Assembly: GCF_963921235.1 (NCBI RefSeq)
Contig: NC_086097.1
Location: 55,740,001 to 55,804,000, forward strand
Source of the DNA: Mobula hypostoma
Taxonomy: Eukaryota
DNA: 64,000 nucleotides
Reading direction: 5' to 3'
The notes under the pieces were generated by a model. The model was not told where the DNA came from and searched no databases. It saw only the letters and a list, made by a program, of their open reading frames with translations. Shown here piece after piece: positions 24,225 through 36,967 of the stretch. The position numbers were made by a program, and so were the translations under genes. How positions within the stretch are numbered: position 1 is the first letter of the stretch; the number at the start of each line of letters is the position of its first letter.

Positions 24225-24975
24225 TGGATACCGAGGAGTACTATCAAAGCTTGCAGCAGGATCTGGACTACCTGAAAAAATGGGCTAAAAAGTAGAATAT
24301 GGAACTTAATGCAGGCAAGTGTGAGGTGTTGTACGTTGGAAGGCCAAACCAGGGCAGGACTTATGCATCCAATGATAGGGCACTGAAGAGTGTGATAGAA
24401 CAGAGTGATCTAGGAATACAGATCCATAATTCCTTGGAAGCGGTGTCAAAAGTAGGTAGGGTCTAAAAGAGAGTTTTCAGTCCTCATAAATCAAAGAATT
24501 GAGTACAGAAGTTGGGATGTTATGTTTAAGTTGTATAAGATATTGGTAAGACACAATTTGGAGTATTTTCTGCAGTCCTGACTGCCTAACTACAGGAAAG
24601 ATATCACCAAGATTGAATAAGTACAGACAAAATTTAGAAGGATGTTGTCAGGACTTGATGACTGATTTATAGGAAAAGGTTGAATAGGTTAGGACCTTAT
24701 TCCTTGGAGCATGGAAGAAAAAGGGGAGATTTGATAATGGTATGCAAATTTAAAAGGGGTTGAGACAGGGTAAATGCAAACAGGCTTTTCCCACTAAGGT
24801 TGGGTGAGACTAGAACTAGAGGCCATAGATTAAGAGTGGAAGGTGGAATATTTAATGGGAAACTGAAGAGGAACGTCTTCACTCAAAGGGTGAGACGAGT
24901 TGCAGCAGAAGTGGTGGATGGGGTTTTGATTTCAACATTTAAGAGAAATTTGGATAAGTACATGGATGGGAGGTA
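24225..24975 (+). mobile_element. Decayed CR1 LINE 3' fragment
   Basis: Frameshifted peptides LQQDLD, KCEVLYVG, LYKILVRHNLEY, ETRTRGHRL. Confidence 0.85.
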
Positions 24976-26666
24976 AGAGGTCAGAGTGGGAATGGAGGTA
25001 GTGAACATAGAACATGGAACAGTACAGGCCATTACAGACCCTTTACCCCATGATGTTGTACTGACCTTTAACCTACTGCATATTCCTCCATTTTTCTTTC
25101 ATCCATGTGCCTTTCTAGGTAAGAGTCTCTTAAATATTCCCAGTGTACCTGCCTCTACCACTACCCCCCATTGTATATTCCACACACTTACTTCTCTCTG
25201 TGGAAAAGAAACCTATCTTTGACATGGCCTTATAATTTCTTCCGACCACCTGAAAATTATGCCCTCTTGTATCAGCCATTTCTGTCCTGGGTAAAAAATG
25301 CTGGTGGTCCACTCTGGTAATGCCTCTTATCATCTTATGCACCTCTAATAAGGCAACTCTCATCCTCCTTTGCTCAGAAGAGAAAAGCACTATTTGTTCA
25401 ACCTTTCCTTATAAAACATAGTCTTTAGTCCAGGTAAATCTCCTCTGTACCCTTTCTAAATGTTTTGAATCTTTCCTATAATGAAGCAACCAGAACTGAC
25501 CACGATATTCCGAGCGTGATCTAACCAGAGTTTTATAGAGCTGCAACATTACCTTGTGGCTTTTGAATCAAACTTTGACTAATGAAGGCCAATACACAAT
25601 ACACCTTCTTAACTACCCTATCAACTTATGCAGCAACTTTGAGGGATATATAAACGTGGATCCCAAGATCCCTCTGTTCCCCCACACTGCTAAGAATCTG
25701 GTCATTAACCTTACACTCTGCCTTCAAGTTTGACCTTCCAAAGTGTGTGATTCCACTCTTTTTCAGATTGAATTCCATCTGCCACCTCTCACCCTTGGTC
25801 TGCATCCAGTCACTGTCCCATTGTAACTATAATTACCTTCTACACTATCCACAACACCATCAATCTTTGTGTCATCTGCAAACTTACCAACCATTTCCTC
25901 ATCCAACTCATTTATAAAAAAAATCACAAAGAGCAGGAGTCCCAGAACAGGTCCCTGCAGGACACAACTATTCACAGAATGTGCTTCATCTGCTACCACC
26001 CTCTACCTTCTGTGGGCAAGCCAGTTCTAAATCCACACAGCCTCGTTTCCCTGCATCCCATGCCTCCTAACGTATTGAATGAGCCGACCATGAGGAACCT
26101 TGCTGAACGCTTTACTAAAATGCATATACACCATCCACTGCCCTACCTTCATCAATTTCTTTTGTCATTACTTTGAAGAATTCAATCAGACTTGCGAGGC
26201 ACGACCTGCCCCTCACTAAGCCTCGTTGACAATCCCTAATCAGCTATGCTTCTCAAAATGCTTGAAAATCATGTCTCTAAGAATCGCCTCCAATAATTTG
26301 CCCACGACTAATGCAAGACTCACTGATCTATAATTCCCAGGATTATCCCTATTACCTTTCTTGAACAAAGGAATAACATTTGCCATCCTCCAATCTTCTG
26401 GTACTACTCCTGAGGCCAGTGAAAACACAAAGATCATTGCTAAAGGCACAGCAATCTCTTCTCTTGCTTCCCATAGTAACCCAAGGTATATCATACCTGA
26501 CCCTGGGGAATTTTCTGTCCCAGTGTTCTTTCAAAATTTCCAGCACACTTTCTTTCTTAATGTAAACATGCTCCAACGTATTAGCCTGTACTATGCTGTC
26601 ATGGTTTCTCTTGCAGATGAATACTGAAGCAAGCATTCATTAAGGACCCCCCTTCCTCTTGTAACT

Positions 26667-27128
26667 CCATAGCCTCTTCTTCTGTCATGATGAGGCCACT
26701 CTCAGGGTGTAAGTATCCTCCTACCTGATGGCATGAACATTGATTTCTCCTCTTTTTTTCTTTTCCCCTCCCCTTCCCTCTTCTTCATTTCCCCACTCTG
26801 CCCTCTTATCTCTTCTTCTCACCTGTTTCTCACCTCCCCCTGGTGCCCGTCCTTCTTCCCTTTCTCCCATGGTCCACTCTCCTCTCCTATCAGATTCCTT
26901 CTTCTCCAGGCTGTTACCTCACCCACCTGGCTTCACCTATCACCTTCTAGCTTGTCCTCCTTCCCTTCCCCCCACCTTTTTTATTCTGACGTCTTCCCCC
27001 TTTCTGTCCAGTCCTGATGAAGGGTCTCGGCCTGAAACATCCACTGTTTATTCATCCTGACCTGCTGAATTCCTCCAGCATTTTCTATGCGTTACTCTGA
27101 TTTCCAGCATCTGCAGAATCTCTTGTGT
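26667..27128 (+). mobile_element. PLE 3' fragment/pseudo-LTR inserted in the CR1
   Basis: Same family as 4600-5075 (DEATLR..GMNIDFS, pyrimidine tract, hammerhead, ccagcatctgcag end). Confidence 0.85.
27009..27046 (+). ncRNA. Minimal hammerhead motif; core boxes intact, stem I/III substitutions
   Basis: cagtc-CTGATGA-agggtctcggcct-GAAA-CATC-cactg. Confidence 0.7.
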
Positions 27129-29029
27129 ACATGTTTCCTCTTTCATCCATGGTTGGTTCAATGCTCACTGTAATCATCCTCTTGTTCTTTACATACGTCT
27201 AGGATGTCTTGGGATATCCTCAATCCTAATTGCCAAAGCCTTCCCATGTCCCTTTCTAGTGCTCCTAAGTTACTTCTTAAGCTCCTTCCTGGCTATCTTA
27301 TTCTCTACAAAGCCCTATCTGATCTTTGTTTCCTAAATCTAAGTATGCTTCTTCCTTCTTCTTGACTGAATGTTCCACGTCTCTTGTTAACCTTGGTTCA
27401 TTCACCTACCATCTTTTCTCTGCCTCGGTGGGAAAAACCTATCCAAAACCCCATTCAAGAGCTCTCTAAGCATCCTTCACGCTTTTGTTGTGCATTTCCC
27501 TGAGTACATCTATTCCCAATTTATGCTTCCAAGTTGCTGCTTAATAGCATCATAATTCACCCTCCCCAATTAAATACTTTTCTATACTGTTTTCTCCTAT
27601 CTCTGTCCAAGGCTATGGTAAAGGTCAAGAAGTTATGGTCACTGTATCCAAAATGCTCACCCACCGAGAGATCAATCCCTAGTACTAGATCCAGTATGGC
27701 CTCTCTTATAGTCAGCCTGTCCACATATTGTGTCAGGAATCCTTCTTAGACACACCAAACAAATTCTGCCCCATCTAAACCTTTAGCACTAAGGAGGTGC
27801 CAATCAATATCAGGGGAATTGAAGTCACCCATGACAACAAATCTCTTATTTTTGGACCTTTCCAAAATCTGCCTCCTGATTTACCCTTCAGTGTCTCTGT
27901 TACTATTGGGGGGTGGAGTCTATAGAATACTTCTAATAGAGTGATTACTCCCTTCTTGTTTCTGACTTTCATCCACACTGACTCAGTAGATGATTTCTCT
28001 ATGGTCTTCCACTGCCCAACCTCTTTTATCTCTAACTGTCAATTTTGAAATATCTAAACCCCAGAATATCCAGGAGCCATTCTTGCCCCACTGACAGCCT
28101 AGTCTCTGTAATAGCTATAATGTCTGAGTTCCACGCACTGATCCATTCTCTGAATTAATCATTCTTGATTCTGATATTTCCCACATTAAAATAGACACAT
28201 TTCTGCCCATTTTGCCCTATCCACTGCTTATCCTTCCTCACAGTCTCTCTATACATTGCATCTACCTGTGCACCAACTGCCCATCTTCTGACCTTTCACA
28301 CTGGTACCCAGCCTCCTGCCAAACTAGTTTCAACTTTCCCCAACAAACCTGCCCACAAGGATAATGGACCCCACCCCACAAGTTCAGACGTACAGGCGTC
28401 CCTTTTGTACAGGTCATACATTCCCCAGAAGGGACCCCAATGGTCCTCAAATCTGAAACCCTGTCCTCTGCACCAATTCTTCAGTCACACACTCATCTAC
28501 CAAATAATCCTATCCTTATCCTCCCTGACATGTGGCAAAGGCAAGAATCTATTGATTATTAACTCTAAGGTCCTGCTAGTTAGATTCTTACCTTGTTCCC
28601 TATATATGTTCTTCAGGACCTCATCCCTTTTCCTACCAATGCTGTTTGTTCCAATACGTACCAGAAATTCTGGCTGCTCACCTTCCCATGTTAGAATGCT
28701 GTGGACCTGATCTGAGACGTCCCTGACCCTGGCACCTAGGAGGCAACATGCAATCAAGATATCTCTTTCATACCCACAAAATCTTTTGTCTATTCCCCTA
28801 ACTATTGAATCCCCTATCACTAATATACTTTTCTCCCCGCTTCCCTCTGAGCTAAGGTGCCAGACTCTGATACCTGATTTCTGCAGCTTTCCCTGGTGGG
28901 TCATCTGCCCCTAACGGTGAACAAAATGCCTGCCTATTCTATTTCCCTTCCGGACAGTCACTCAGCTACCTGCATCCTGCAAAGTAAGTGTGGCTACCTC
29001 TCTGTAGCTCCTAACTTTCCTGGGTGATC

Positions 29030-30300
29030 GATAGGTGGTCCAGCTCCAGATAACTAAGAAGGTGGATGAGGATAGGGTAGTGGATTTTATCCATTTGGAC
29101 TTGAGCAAGGACATCAACAAGGTTCCACCAAGTAGGCTGGTCTGGAAGGTTATGTCCCAGGAAATCCAAGGAGAAATGGATTCCAAATTGGTCTGGAGTA
29201 AGGAAGCAGAGGTTGGTGGATGAAGGTTGTTCCTTGGAATTGAGGCAAATGACTAGTGACATGCTTCAGGGGTTGGCACTGAAACCCTGATTTGGATGAG
29301 AATGCACAAGGCTTGATCAATAAGTTTGCAGATGACACAACATTTTCATAGCTAACAATGAACTTCGATCAGTTAGTGAAATGGGTTGAGAAGTGGCAAC
29401 TGGATTTCAATACGGATAATGTGAGATGATACATTCTGGAATGTCAAACTAACGTAGGACTTATACAATGATTGGCAGGGCACTAGGAAAGGTAATGGAA
29501 CTGAGGTAACTAAGAGTACATGCACAGTTTATTGAAAGTAATGTTAACATGCAGACAGGCTTTGAGCACACTGACCTTTATCAGTCAGGGCACTGAGTGC
29601 AGGAGTTGGGATATTATGTTGTAGTTGTGTGAGATGTTGGTGCGGTTGCACTTGGAGCACTGTACATTTTTGGCCGTCCTGTTATAGGAAAGGCATGGTT
29701 AAACTAGAAAGAATGTATAAGATATTTATGAGGATGTTGCCGGGATTAGAGGGCCTGGGTTATAGGGAGATGCAGGTCAGGCTAGGTCCTTATCCCTTGG
29801 AATGTCAGAGAAAAAGGAGTGTCCATTTAGAAATGTTTAATTATGTGAGGCATAGATAAGGTAGATGTTGGCAATCATTTCTCCAAGGAAGGGGAGTCCA
29901 CAACTTAGGTTGAGAGGGTGAAGGTTTAAAAGACCTGAGGGGATATGTTCTTCATGCAGAGGCTATAGCAATGAGTATATGGAGCGAGCTGCCAGGAGAA
30001 ATGGTGGGCACTACGTTGGCATAGATTTGATGGGTTGAAGTAATGTATCTGACTCTGTGTGACTGTAGTTACCATGGTTACTGGAAGTGCGAATGACACT
30101 AAAATTATGGTATAGTGGGCGCTGATTAAGGTCATCTAAGTTTAAAGCAGAATGGGGAAAGTGGGCAGAGGACTGGCAAGTAGAAATTACCTCAGACAAG
30201 TATGAAATATTGCATTTTGGTAAGTTAAAAGAGGGTAAGATTTGCACAGTAATAAATAAGACAGCATAAAATATAGAAAACCAAAGTGATTTCACTGTGC
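29030..30300 (+). mobile_element. Decayed CR1 LINE RT/3' fragments
   Basis: VDEDRVVDFIHLDLSKDINKVP (29035-29223), KFADDT at ~29320, FWPSCYRKG..RMLPGLEGLGYRE (29629-29859). Confidence 0.85.
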
Positions 30301-30564
30301 TGTTTTCAGACCTTCCAGAAGGATGATTTTGGATGACACAGCTTAGCCCTTGTATGAACTGAACTACATGGCTTGTTTTAACTGTTTTAATCTACCTAAT
30401 TCTAGTACTATTTTCATTAGAACAATGGGATTCACTCTAAGCCCTGAATATTTATTGTTTGTTTCATATACTTGTTTTTCTGTTGATCCTCGACAATATT
30501 GGATTTAGTAAGTAAAATGTATTGAATTTTTGAAGGGAGGTATTATAACAAAGGATAGACTACC

Positions 30565-32425
30565 AACACACACAAAATGGTGGAAGAATTTCAGGTTAGA
30601 TGGCAGCTATGGGGGGATATGTACAGTCATTGTTCTGGGCTGAGACTCTTCATTAGGACTGCAATGGACCAGAATTCAGAATGAAGAAGTGAGGGGACAG
30701 TGGGGGAAGCACAAGCTGGCAGGGGGTAGTTGAGTCCAGATAAGGGGGAAGATAGGTGGGTGGGGGAGGGGGGAATGAAAGGGAACAATGCAAGAATCTT
30801 GGAGGTGGAGGGTGGAGGAGGAAACAGCCTGAAGAAAAAGGAATCACATTGAATGAATGGAAGGAGATGAGGATCCATATGGGCAGGTTATGAGGGTGGA
30901 GGGAAGGGAATAGAAAGGGTGAGAGGGCTACCACAGGGGAGAAAACAAAGGGGAGAGTGAGTGGGAAGAGAAAACAATGTTCATGAAATCAGGTAGGATA
31001 CCAAGAAGGAATATGAGGTTTTGCTCCTCCAAACTGTGTTTAGCCTCATCATAATAGAGGAGACTGTGGACAAATATGTTGGTGTAGGAATGGGAAGTAG
31101 AAATGAAACAGGTGGTCGCTGGGATATCCTGACTGTTGTGGCAGACAGAGTGAAGATGCTCGAGAAATCATTTCCTCGATCTGTGTCAAGGAGCTGCACC
31201 AGGAGCACCAGGTGAGATAACTGACCTAGAAGCCACACCTGGAAGGAATACTTAGGGCTCTTACTGGTGGTGAGGTAGGAGATGTAGCGGCAGGCCTAGC
31301 ACTTTGCATCATTGCAGTAATAATCGTGTTGGAGATGGCCGAGGTTGTGGAGAATAATGTGTCAGATGCAGAGGTTCATGGGATGGTAGGTTAGGACAAG
31401 GGGTCACTATCCCTGTAATCTTAGAGGTAGATGTGTTAGGGGCAGGTGTGTGGGAAATGGAGGATGCTTGCATGAGGGCAGCTTTGAAGGAGGACATCTC
31501 AGATGTCCTGGATTGAATGGTTCGGAGAAAGTTGGGGGGAGTCAAAAGAGGAATAGTTGAGAGTAAGTACCTGTTCTGCCAGAAGGAGGGTGGGAGTGGA
31601 GGGGAAATGGTTGGGTCCATTATCACGATGGGGAAGGAAGTGTACAAGTATTGGATATCATGGTCATGGTGCTAAAAGTTATTGAAGTAAAGTGAGAGCA
31701 TGTGAAATGTCAGAGATGTAGGTGGGAAGGGATTGAACCAAGGGGTCAAAATGAAGTTGAGGTATGAAGATAGGAGTTCAGTGGGGCAGGAGCAGTCAGA
31801 AACAATGGGCCTACTGAGGCAGGTAGATTTGTAGATCTTGGGTGGGAGGTAGAAGTAGACAATATGTGGTATGGGAACCATGAGGTTGGAGGTTGTAAAT
31901 GGGAGATCTCCAGAGGTAATGAGGTTGATGATGGTGTGAGGGATATTGGCCTGATGCTTCTCAGTGGGGTTCTGGTTAAAGGGTAAGTAAGAGGAGGTGT
32001 CCAAGAAATGCTGTCTGGACTCAGCAAGGTAGGGGTCAGTTTGGGAGAGTACAACAGCACCACTCTTGTCTGTGGTTTGATGGTGAGGTTAGGATTGGTA
32101 TACAGAGAGAGTAGAGGGCAGTGCTTGAGGGTTTGAGTTTGGAATGGGTCAGCGGAGTGGTGAAGTTGATCCAGTTGACATCCTGGCAGTTAGAGATGAA
32201 AAGATCCAGAGCAGACAGGAGGCCAGAGCAGCGTGATCAAAAGGAAGAGGAGGAATGAAGTTGGGAGAAGGGGGTCAACAGTGGGGAGTAGGGAACCCTT
32301 GCTAAAGAAGTAGAATAGTAGATGGAGGTAATGGAAGAAGAGCTTGATATTACGGCAGGTGTGGAACTCACTGAGGTGCATGCACAGGGGCAAAGGTAAG
32401 GCCCTTGCTGTGGACACAACTCTCA
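30565..32425 (-). mobile_element. Decayed, internally deleted Penelope-like element (N-terminal region, RT start, GIY-YIG remnant, pseudo-LTR)
   Basis: ORF 31672-32004 FYLPPKIYKSTCLSRPIVSDCSCPTELLSSYL resembles the PLE RT 'PKIHK...RPIVS' motif; degenerate hammerhead at 30624-30661. Confidence 0.85.
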
Positions 32426-33334
32426 GACTACCAGACTACTTTCCTTTGAGATCTACTTTTAAACACGATGCACTCTGCATGACGCTTAAGCTTTTGAATA
32501 TCCAACATGCAACATCATAATAAAAATGATCACGACTCTTATACTATTAAAGAGAGATTTTATTTATATTGCAGTTGATTACCTTTCATTTCCTTATTTA
32601 AAAATTAGAATTTAATTCATAAATTTATGGTCACAAGAAATATTAAGTATAACAGATCACAGTTGTAAAATAACTGCAAAAACAGGCAAAATTAAAAATG
32701 AGGTAGCAACCTAATGAAACTGCATTACAGGGCTACTTGTGTGTTAAATAGTGCAAATGTGCATGCAATAGACTAATAAATGAAACAGCTTGTAGCTTTA
32801 CATTCACACCATATTTTGTGAAGTATTTGGATGGATAATCAATACACTAATAGAAAGAGAAGGCTGAAGGCTCATTCTTATCCTCACACACACAGCCTGT
32901 GATGCTCAAAGAAAAGCTGAAACATTTGATGCAAATGTTTGACCAGGAGTGCTGATCCATCTTGGCTTCCTCCTGGGATCCCAAAAAGATCCCAGTTTCC
33001 AATCAATTTGATTCAATCTACGAATTATCAATAAATAATTGGAAATCATGAAATATCAATGAATGGAATTGGTTTAAATATGCAAACAACATAAGGAATG
33101 ATTATACTGTTAATTGAATGAGATTGATTGCCTGAAATATGCCTGGTCACTGATCATAAAACAAGAAGTGATCTTTTCAAAAAGAAATCTACAAAGATTT
33201 AAAACATTGAAACTAAATAAAATGGTTATATTCTCACAGTAGAAAATTACAAGAATTACTCTTTCATTTAAATAGAAATCATTTCAGTACATCATGAATT
33301 GCATCATGGCTGCAAATGGGTTGAATCTTTGAAT

Positions 33335-34378
33335 ACCATAAGACTATAAGACTTTGAAGCAGAATTACACCATTCAGCCCATTGAATTCCATCATGGTTG
33401 CCTTACTGTTCTTCTTAACCTCATTCTCTTGACTTCTTGTAACCTTTGATGCCCTTACTAATCAAGAACCTATCAACATTCGCTTTAAATATACCCAATG
33501 ACTTGGCTTCCACAGGTGTCTGTGGCAATGAGTTCCATAGATTCACCACCTTCTGGGTAAAGAAATCTTCCCTCATCTCTTTCTAAATGGACATCCCTCA
33601 ATTCTGAGGATGTGTCCTCTGGTTCTAGACTCTCCCACAATAGGAAGTGTCCTCTCCTCATTCACTCTGTCTAGGCCTTTCAATATTCGATAGATTTCAA
33701 TGAGATCCCTCCTCATTCTTCTAAACACCAACAAGGACAGGCCCAGGGCCATCAAACACTCCTGATAGGTTAACACTTTCATTCCTGGGATCATGGGACC
33801 CTCTCTACCGCCTGCACGTCCTATCTTAGTTAAGGTCCCCAACACTGCTCACAAAACTCCAAGTGCAGTCTGACCAATGCCTTATAAAGCTTCAGTATTA
33901 CATCCTTGCTTTTATATTCTAGTCTTCCTGAAATGTATACTGACATTGCATTTTCCTTTCTTACCACCAACTCAATTTTCAAATTGATGTTTAGAGAATC
34001 CTGCATGAGGACTCCCAAGACCCTTTGATCTGATTTCTGATTTTTTTCCCATTTAGAAAATAATCTACACCTTTATTCCTTCTACTGAAATGCATGAGCA
34101 CACACTTCCCTACATTACATTCCATGTGCCTATTCTCCTAATCCATCCAAGCCCTTCAGCAGATTCCCTGCTATGTCAACATTACTTGTCCCTCTATCTG
34201 TCTTTGTAACCTCGCCCCAAAGCCATCAGCTCCATCACCCAAATCACTGACAAGGTGTATAACGTAAAAAGAAAGGGACCCAAAGGTAACACAACTAGTC
34301 ACTGGCAGCCACCCAGAAATGGCCCCCTTTATTAACCCACTTTGTCCTCCTGTCAGTCAGCCAGTCCATGCTAATATC
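33335..34378 (-). mobile_element. CR1 LINE 3' fragment
   Basis: LYKALVRLHLEFCEQCW and DLIEIYRILKGLDRV..ESRTRGHILRIEG; tail ccataagactataagac. Confidence 0.9.
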
Positions 34379-34436
34379 ATGAGAGGGACAAGCTAGTGTA
34401 GAATGAGAGGGAAAGCATAATAGAATGAATGGAATA

Positions 34437-34781
34437 CGAGGGGTGATTGATAAGTTCGTGGCCTACGGTAGAAGGAGATGAGTTATACCGCTCTCCTTAC
34501 ATGCACATGCAGTTCAACTCATTAAGTGAAAATGCAGAAAGTTTTGAAGTTTCTCCTCATCTCCTTCTACCTTAGGCCACGAACTTATCAGTCACCCCTG
34601 CTGTGGACCACTTTCTGGAGGTCCAAGACGCCAACTTCTACAAAGAAGGGATCTGTATGCTCCACGACCGCTGGACTAAGTGTGTAAATGTAGGAGGGGA
34701 CTATGTTAAAAAATAAATGTGATAGGTTTTCTAAAATTGACTTTTTCTACCTTAGGCCACAAACTTATCAATCACCCTTCG
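34437..34781 (+). mobile_element. Non-autonomous mariner element
   Basis: TIRs cgaggggtgattgataagttcgtggcctacggtagaa / ttctaccttaggccacaaacttatcaatcacccttcg with TA on both sides; remnant FYKEGICMLHDRWTKCVNVGGDYVKK* is a typical mariner transposase C-terminus. Confidence 0.9.
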
Positions 34782-35209
34782 TAATATGTGTTCCGAACTT
34801 TGAGCTATTATTCTGTTTCCCTGGGCTTTATCACAGAAATATCCACAAGTTATGCTGAATGTTCATGTGGAAATTCCATATACTGTAGATATTACAGCAC
34901 AAAAGCATAAGGATTGGATTTGAAAACTTCACGTTTTTTTTAGAGATACAGCACAGTAACAGGGCCCTGTGGCCCAACAAACCCGTATCCCTTACAGACA
35001 GTGGTGGTTGCTTGTGCTGTAATAGTGTTACACTAACTGCTACGCTACCGTACCACTGTGATTGACGTCCATTCTGAATTGACAGAGGAACAGCAAATGC
35101 TCAGTTACATTACAGTAAGTCTCCACACCTTCTTAGTCAACAGATGGGAAGACGAGGATGAAAATTGCAACCGGGACTAATTATTAACAGCGGCATAATG
35201 AGATTGCTG

Positions 35210-35680
35210 GGAGAGCCACTACCTCACAAAGCCAGAATCCTGGTTCAGTCCTGACCTTGGGTACTGTCTGTGTGGAGTTCCCCCTGTAAAGGCATGGATT
35301 TCCTGCCGATGTGCAGGTTTCCCTCCTGTTCACACAGATGTGCAGTTTGGTAGGCTAATTAACCACTGTAAATTAGATTAGATTAGATTATGAGGACACG
35401 CAGTCCTCTTTTATTGTCATTTAGTAATGTATGCATTAAGAAATGATACAATATTCCTCCGGTGTGATATCACAGAAACACAGGACAGACCAAGACTGAA
35501 AAACTGACAAATTGCTCCTAACGTAGAGGTGAGCGGTAGGATCTGGGGATAGTTGGCAAGGATATGGGGAGAATAAAAAATATTGGGATTAATGTATGAT
35601 TATTGCACCTATTATTATAGGTGTGGATTCAGTGGCTTGCTGTGCCTATTTCATTGCAGTAGCTTTTTGTGAATCTGTGA
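35210..35680 (+). mobile_element. V-SINE-like element containing a nested 134-bp retroposon tail (35375-35508)
   Basis: Box-B-like tggttcagtcc; tgtgtggagtt..ggtttccctcc core; nested insert bounded by AAATT repeats at 35370-35374 and 35509-35513. Confidence 0.7.
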
Positions 35681-36954
35681 CTTTGACCTGCACTAAATGT
35701 TGACTTAGGAGGGCAGATTTTAATTGTCCAAAAGCAGTCCATATAGGGAAACTATTTTTAGAGAAGTTACTTTGTGGTATGCTTTGTATTGTATCCTCAA
35801 CCAATATATAGCTATTTCATCACCAGATGAGTACAAAGACTCAGCTGATTCCGTGAGATGAAGCAGAGCAAGCAGTCAATGAGCAAAGTAACATTTGAGA
35901 AGCTGTGACCAAAGTTAATTAGGTTCCATCTAGGAGTAGAGAAAGATGAGGTTATGGATTAAACAACATTAGTAAAGCAACACTGTGTATTAGACTGGGA
36001 TTAAAGGGAACCAGAGTAGAGAAGTAGCTGGTAAAACTGCCTCAGAAAAGTGTAATATTTGAATAGGAGATGGAAATGCTAAACATTAAATATATTCATG
36101 TAAGAAAGGATGAGCAGTAGGGGTGAGATTATGGTTCACTGTTACAATAAAGCTACAAAAATCTGCTGAACTATTATTTAGAAATCACAGTGGTTCAATA
36201 TTTGGCTCACCAGGCATTACTTGTAGTCCCTTTAAACTTGCTGCACCCCATTTCCCATTCCACGTTTAACTTTACTGAGCTCACAACTAACATCGTCCTT
36301 TAAAGATTTTCCAGGGCACATTCCCATGCCCCATTTAAACTCCTGGGGCCCCAGTCACGGTCTCCATTTAAACTCCTGGGGCCTCTGTTACTTTGCTGAA
36401 TTTAAACTCATAGGGCCCCAGGAGTTTACACTGGACAGATTACTATTCTATGTGTAATTTCTAAAAGCTACTGAATTAAAAGTGTGTTTAGATGTTTATA
36501 GAAATAATATCCAATAGTCTGCAAAAACTATCAGCTCGGTTCTGCTAAAGTCCTAATTGTGTTGGATTAACAGAGTTTTTACATTACTCCAATTTTTGGC
36601 ATGACTGTAGTGATGAACCTTTTTTTAATATCACTGATGTCTACAGGAGGAGTGGACAATCCCATTTTTTAAATGAAATTTGAATTTAATGGCCAGTGAT
36701 CCTACTAGAAATAGGTGAAGAACGTTTAATACTATATTTTGAATTTTGACATTATCTCATCTCTTCAAAAGTCTGCCTCTTATCATCTTGAAATATGATC
36801 CAAGATATTCTTAAAACTGAACAGTGCAGTTGAACATGCTTATTGCAAGTGCCATGAAGAAATTTGCCCATGGGACATAACTGCTTTCACCATTTAATTG
36901 AATTTTGTGATCAGTTTAAAGCAATGAATTCAATAGTAATGCTGAGCAAGAGAA

Positions 36955-36967
36955 TGCCACCTAGTGC
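36955..36967 (-). promoter_or_regulatory. CTCF-like motif
   Basis: Reverse complement GCACTAGGTGGCA vs consensus CCACYAGRKGGCR (one mismatch). Confidence 0.4.

Larger units (their letters stand above)
25003..28900 (-). mobile_element. Near-full-length but decayed and internally deleted CR1 LINE (esterase ORF1, endonuclease, RT), interrupted by a PLE at 26667-27128
   Basis: ORF1 SGNH/GDSL-like LVIGDSIVRGID..GARVRDV..IGTNSIGR (28497-28904); EN WMKVRNKKG..FYR (27775-27978); PEDWRMANVIPLFKKGNRDNPGNYR (26240-26494); KFADDTK (25763-25999); gaacatagaacat tail at ~25003. Confidence 0.9.

Noticed and set aside
28497..28904. Host GDSL/SGNH lipase gene
   Set aside because: Position and orientation upstream of the CR1 endonuclease-RT identify it as decayed CR1 ORF1
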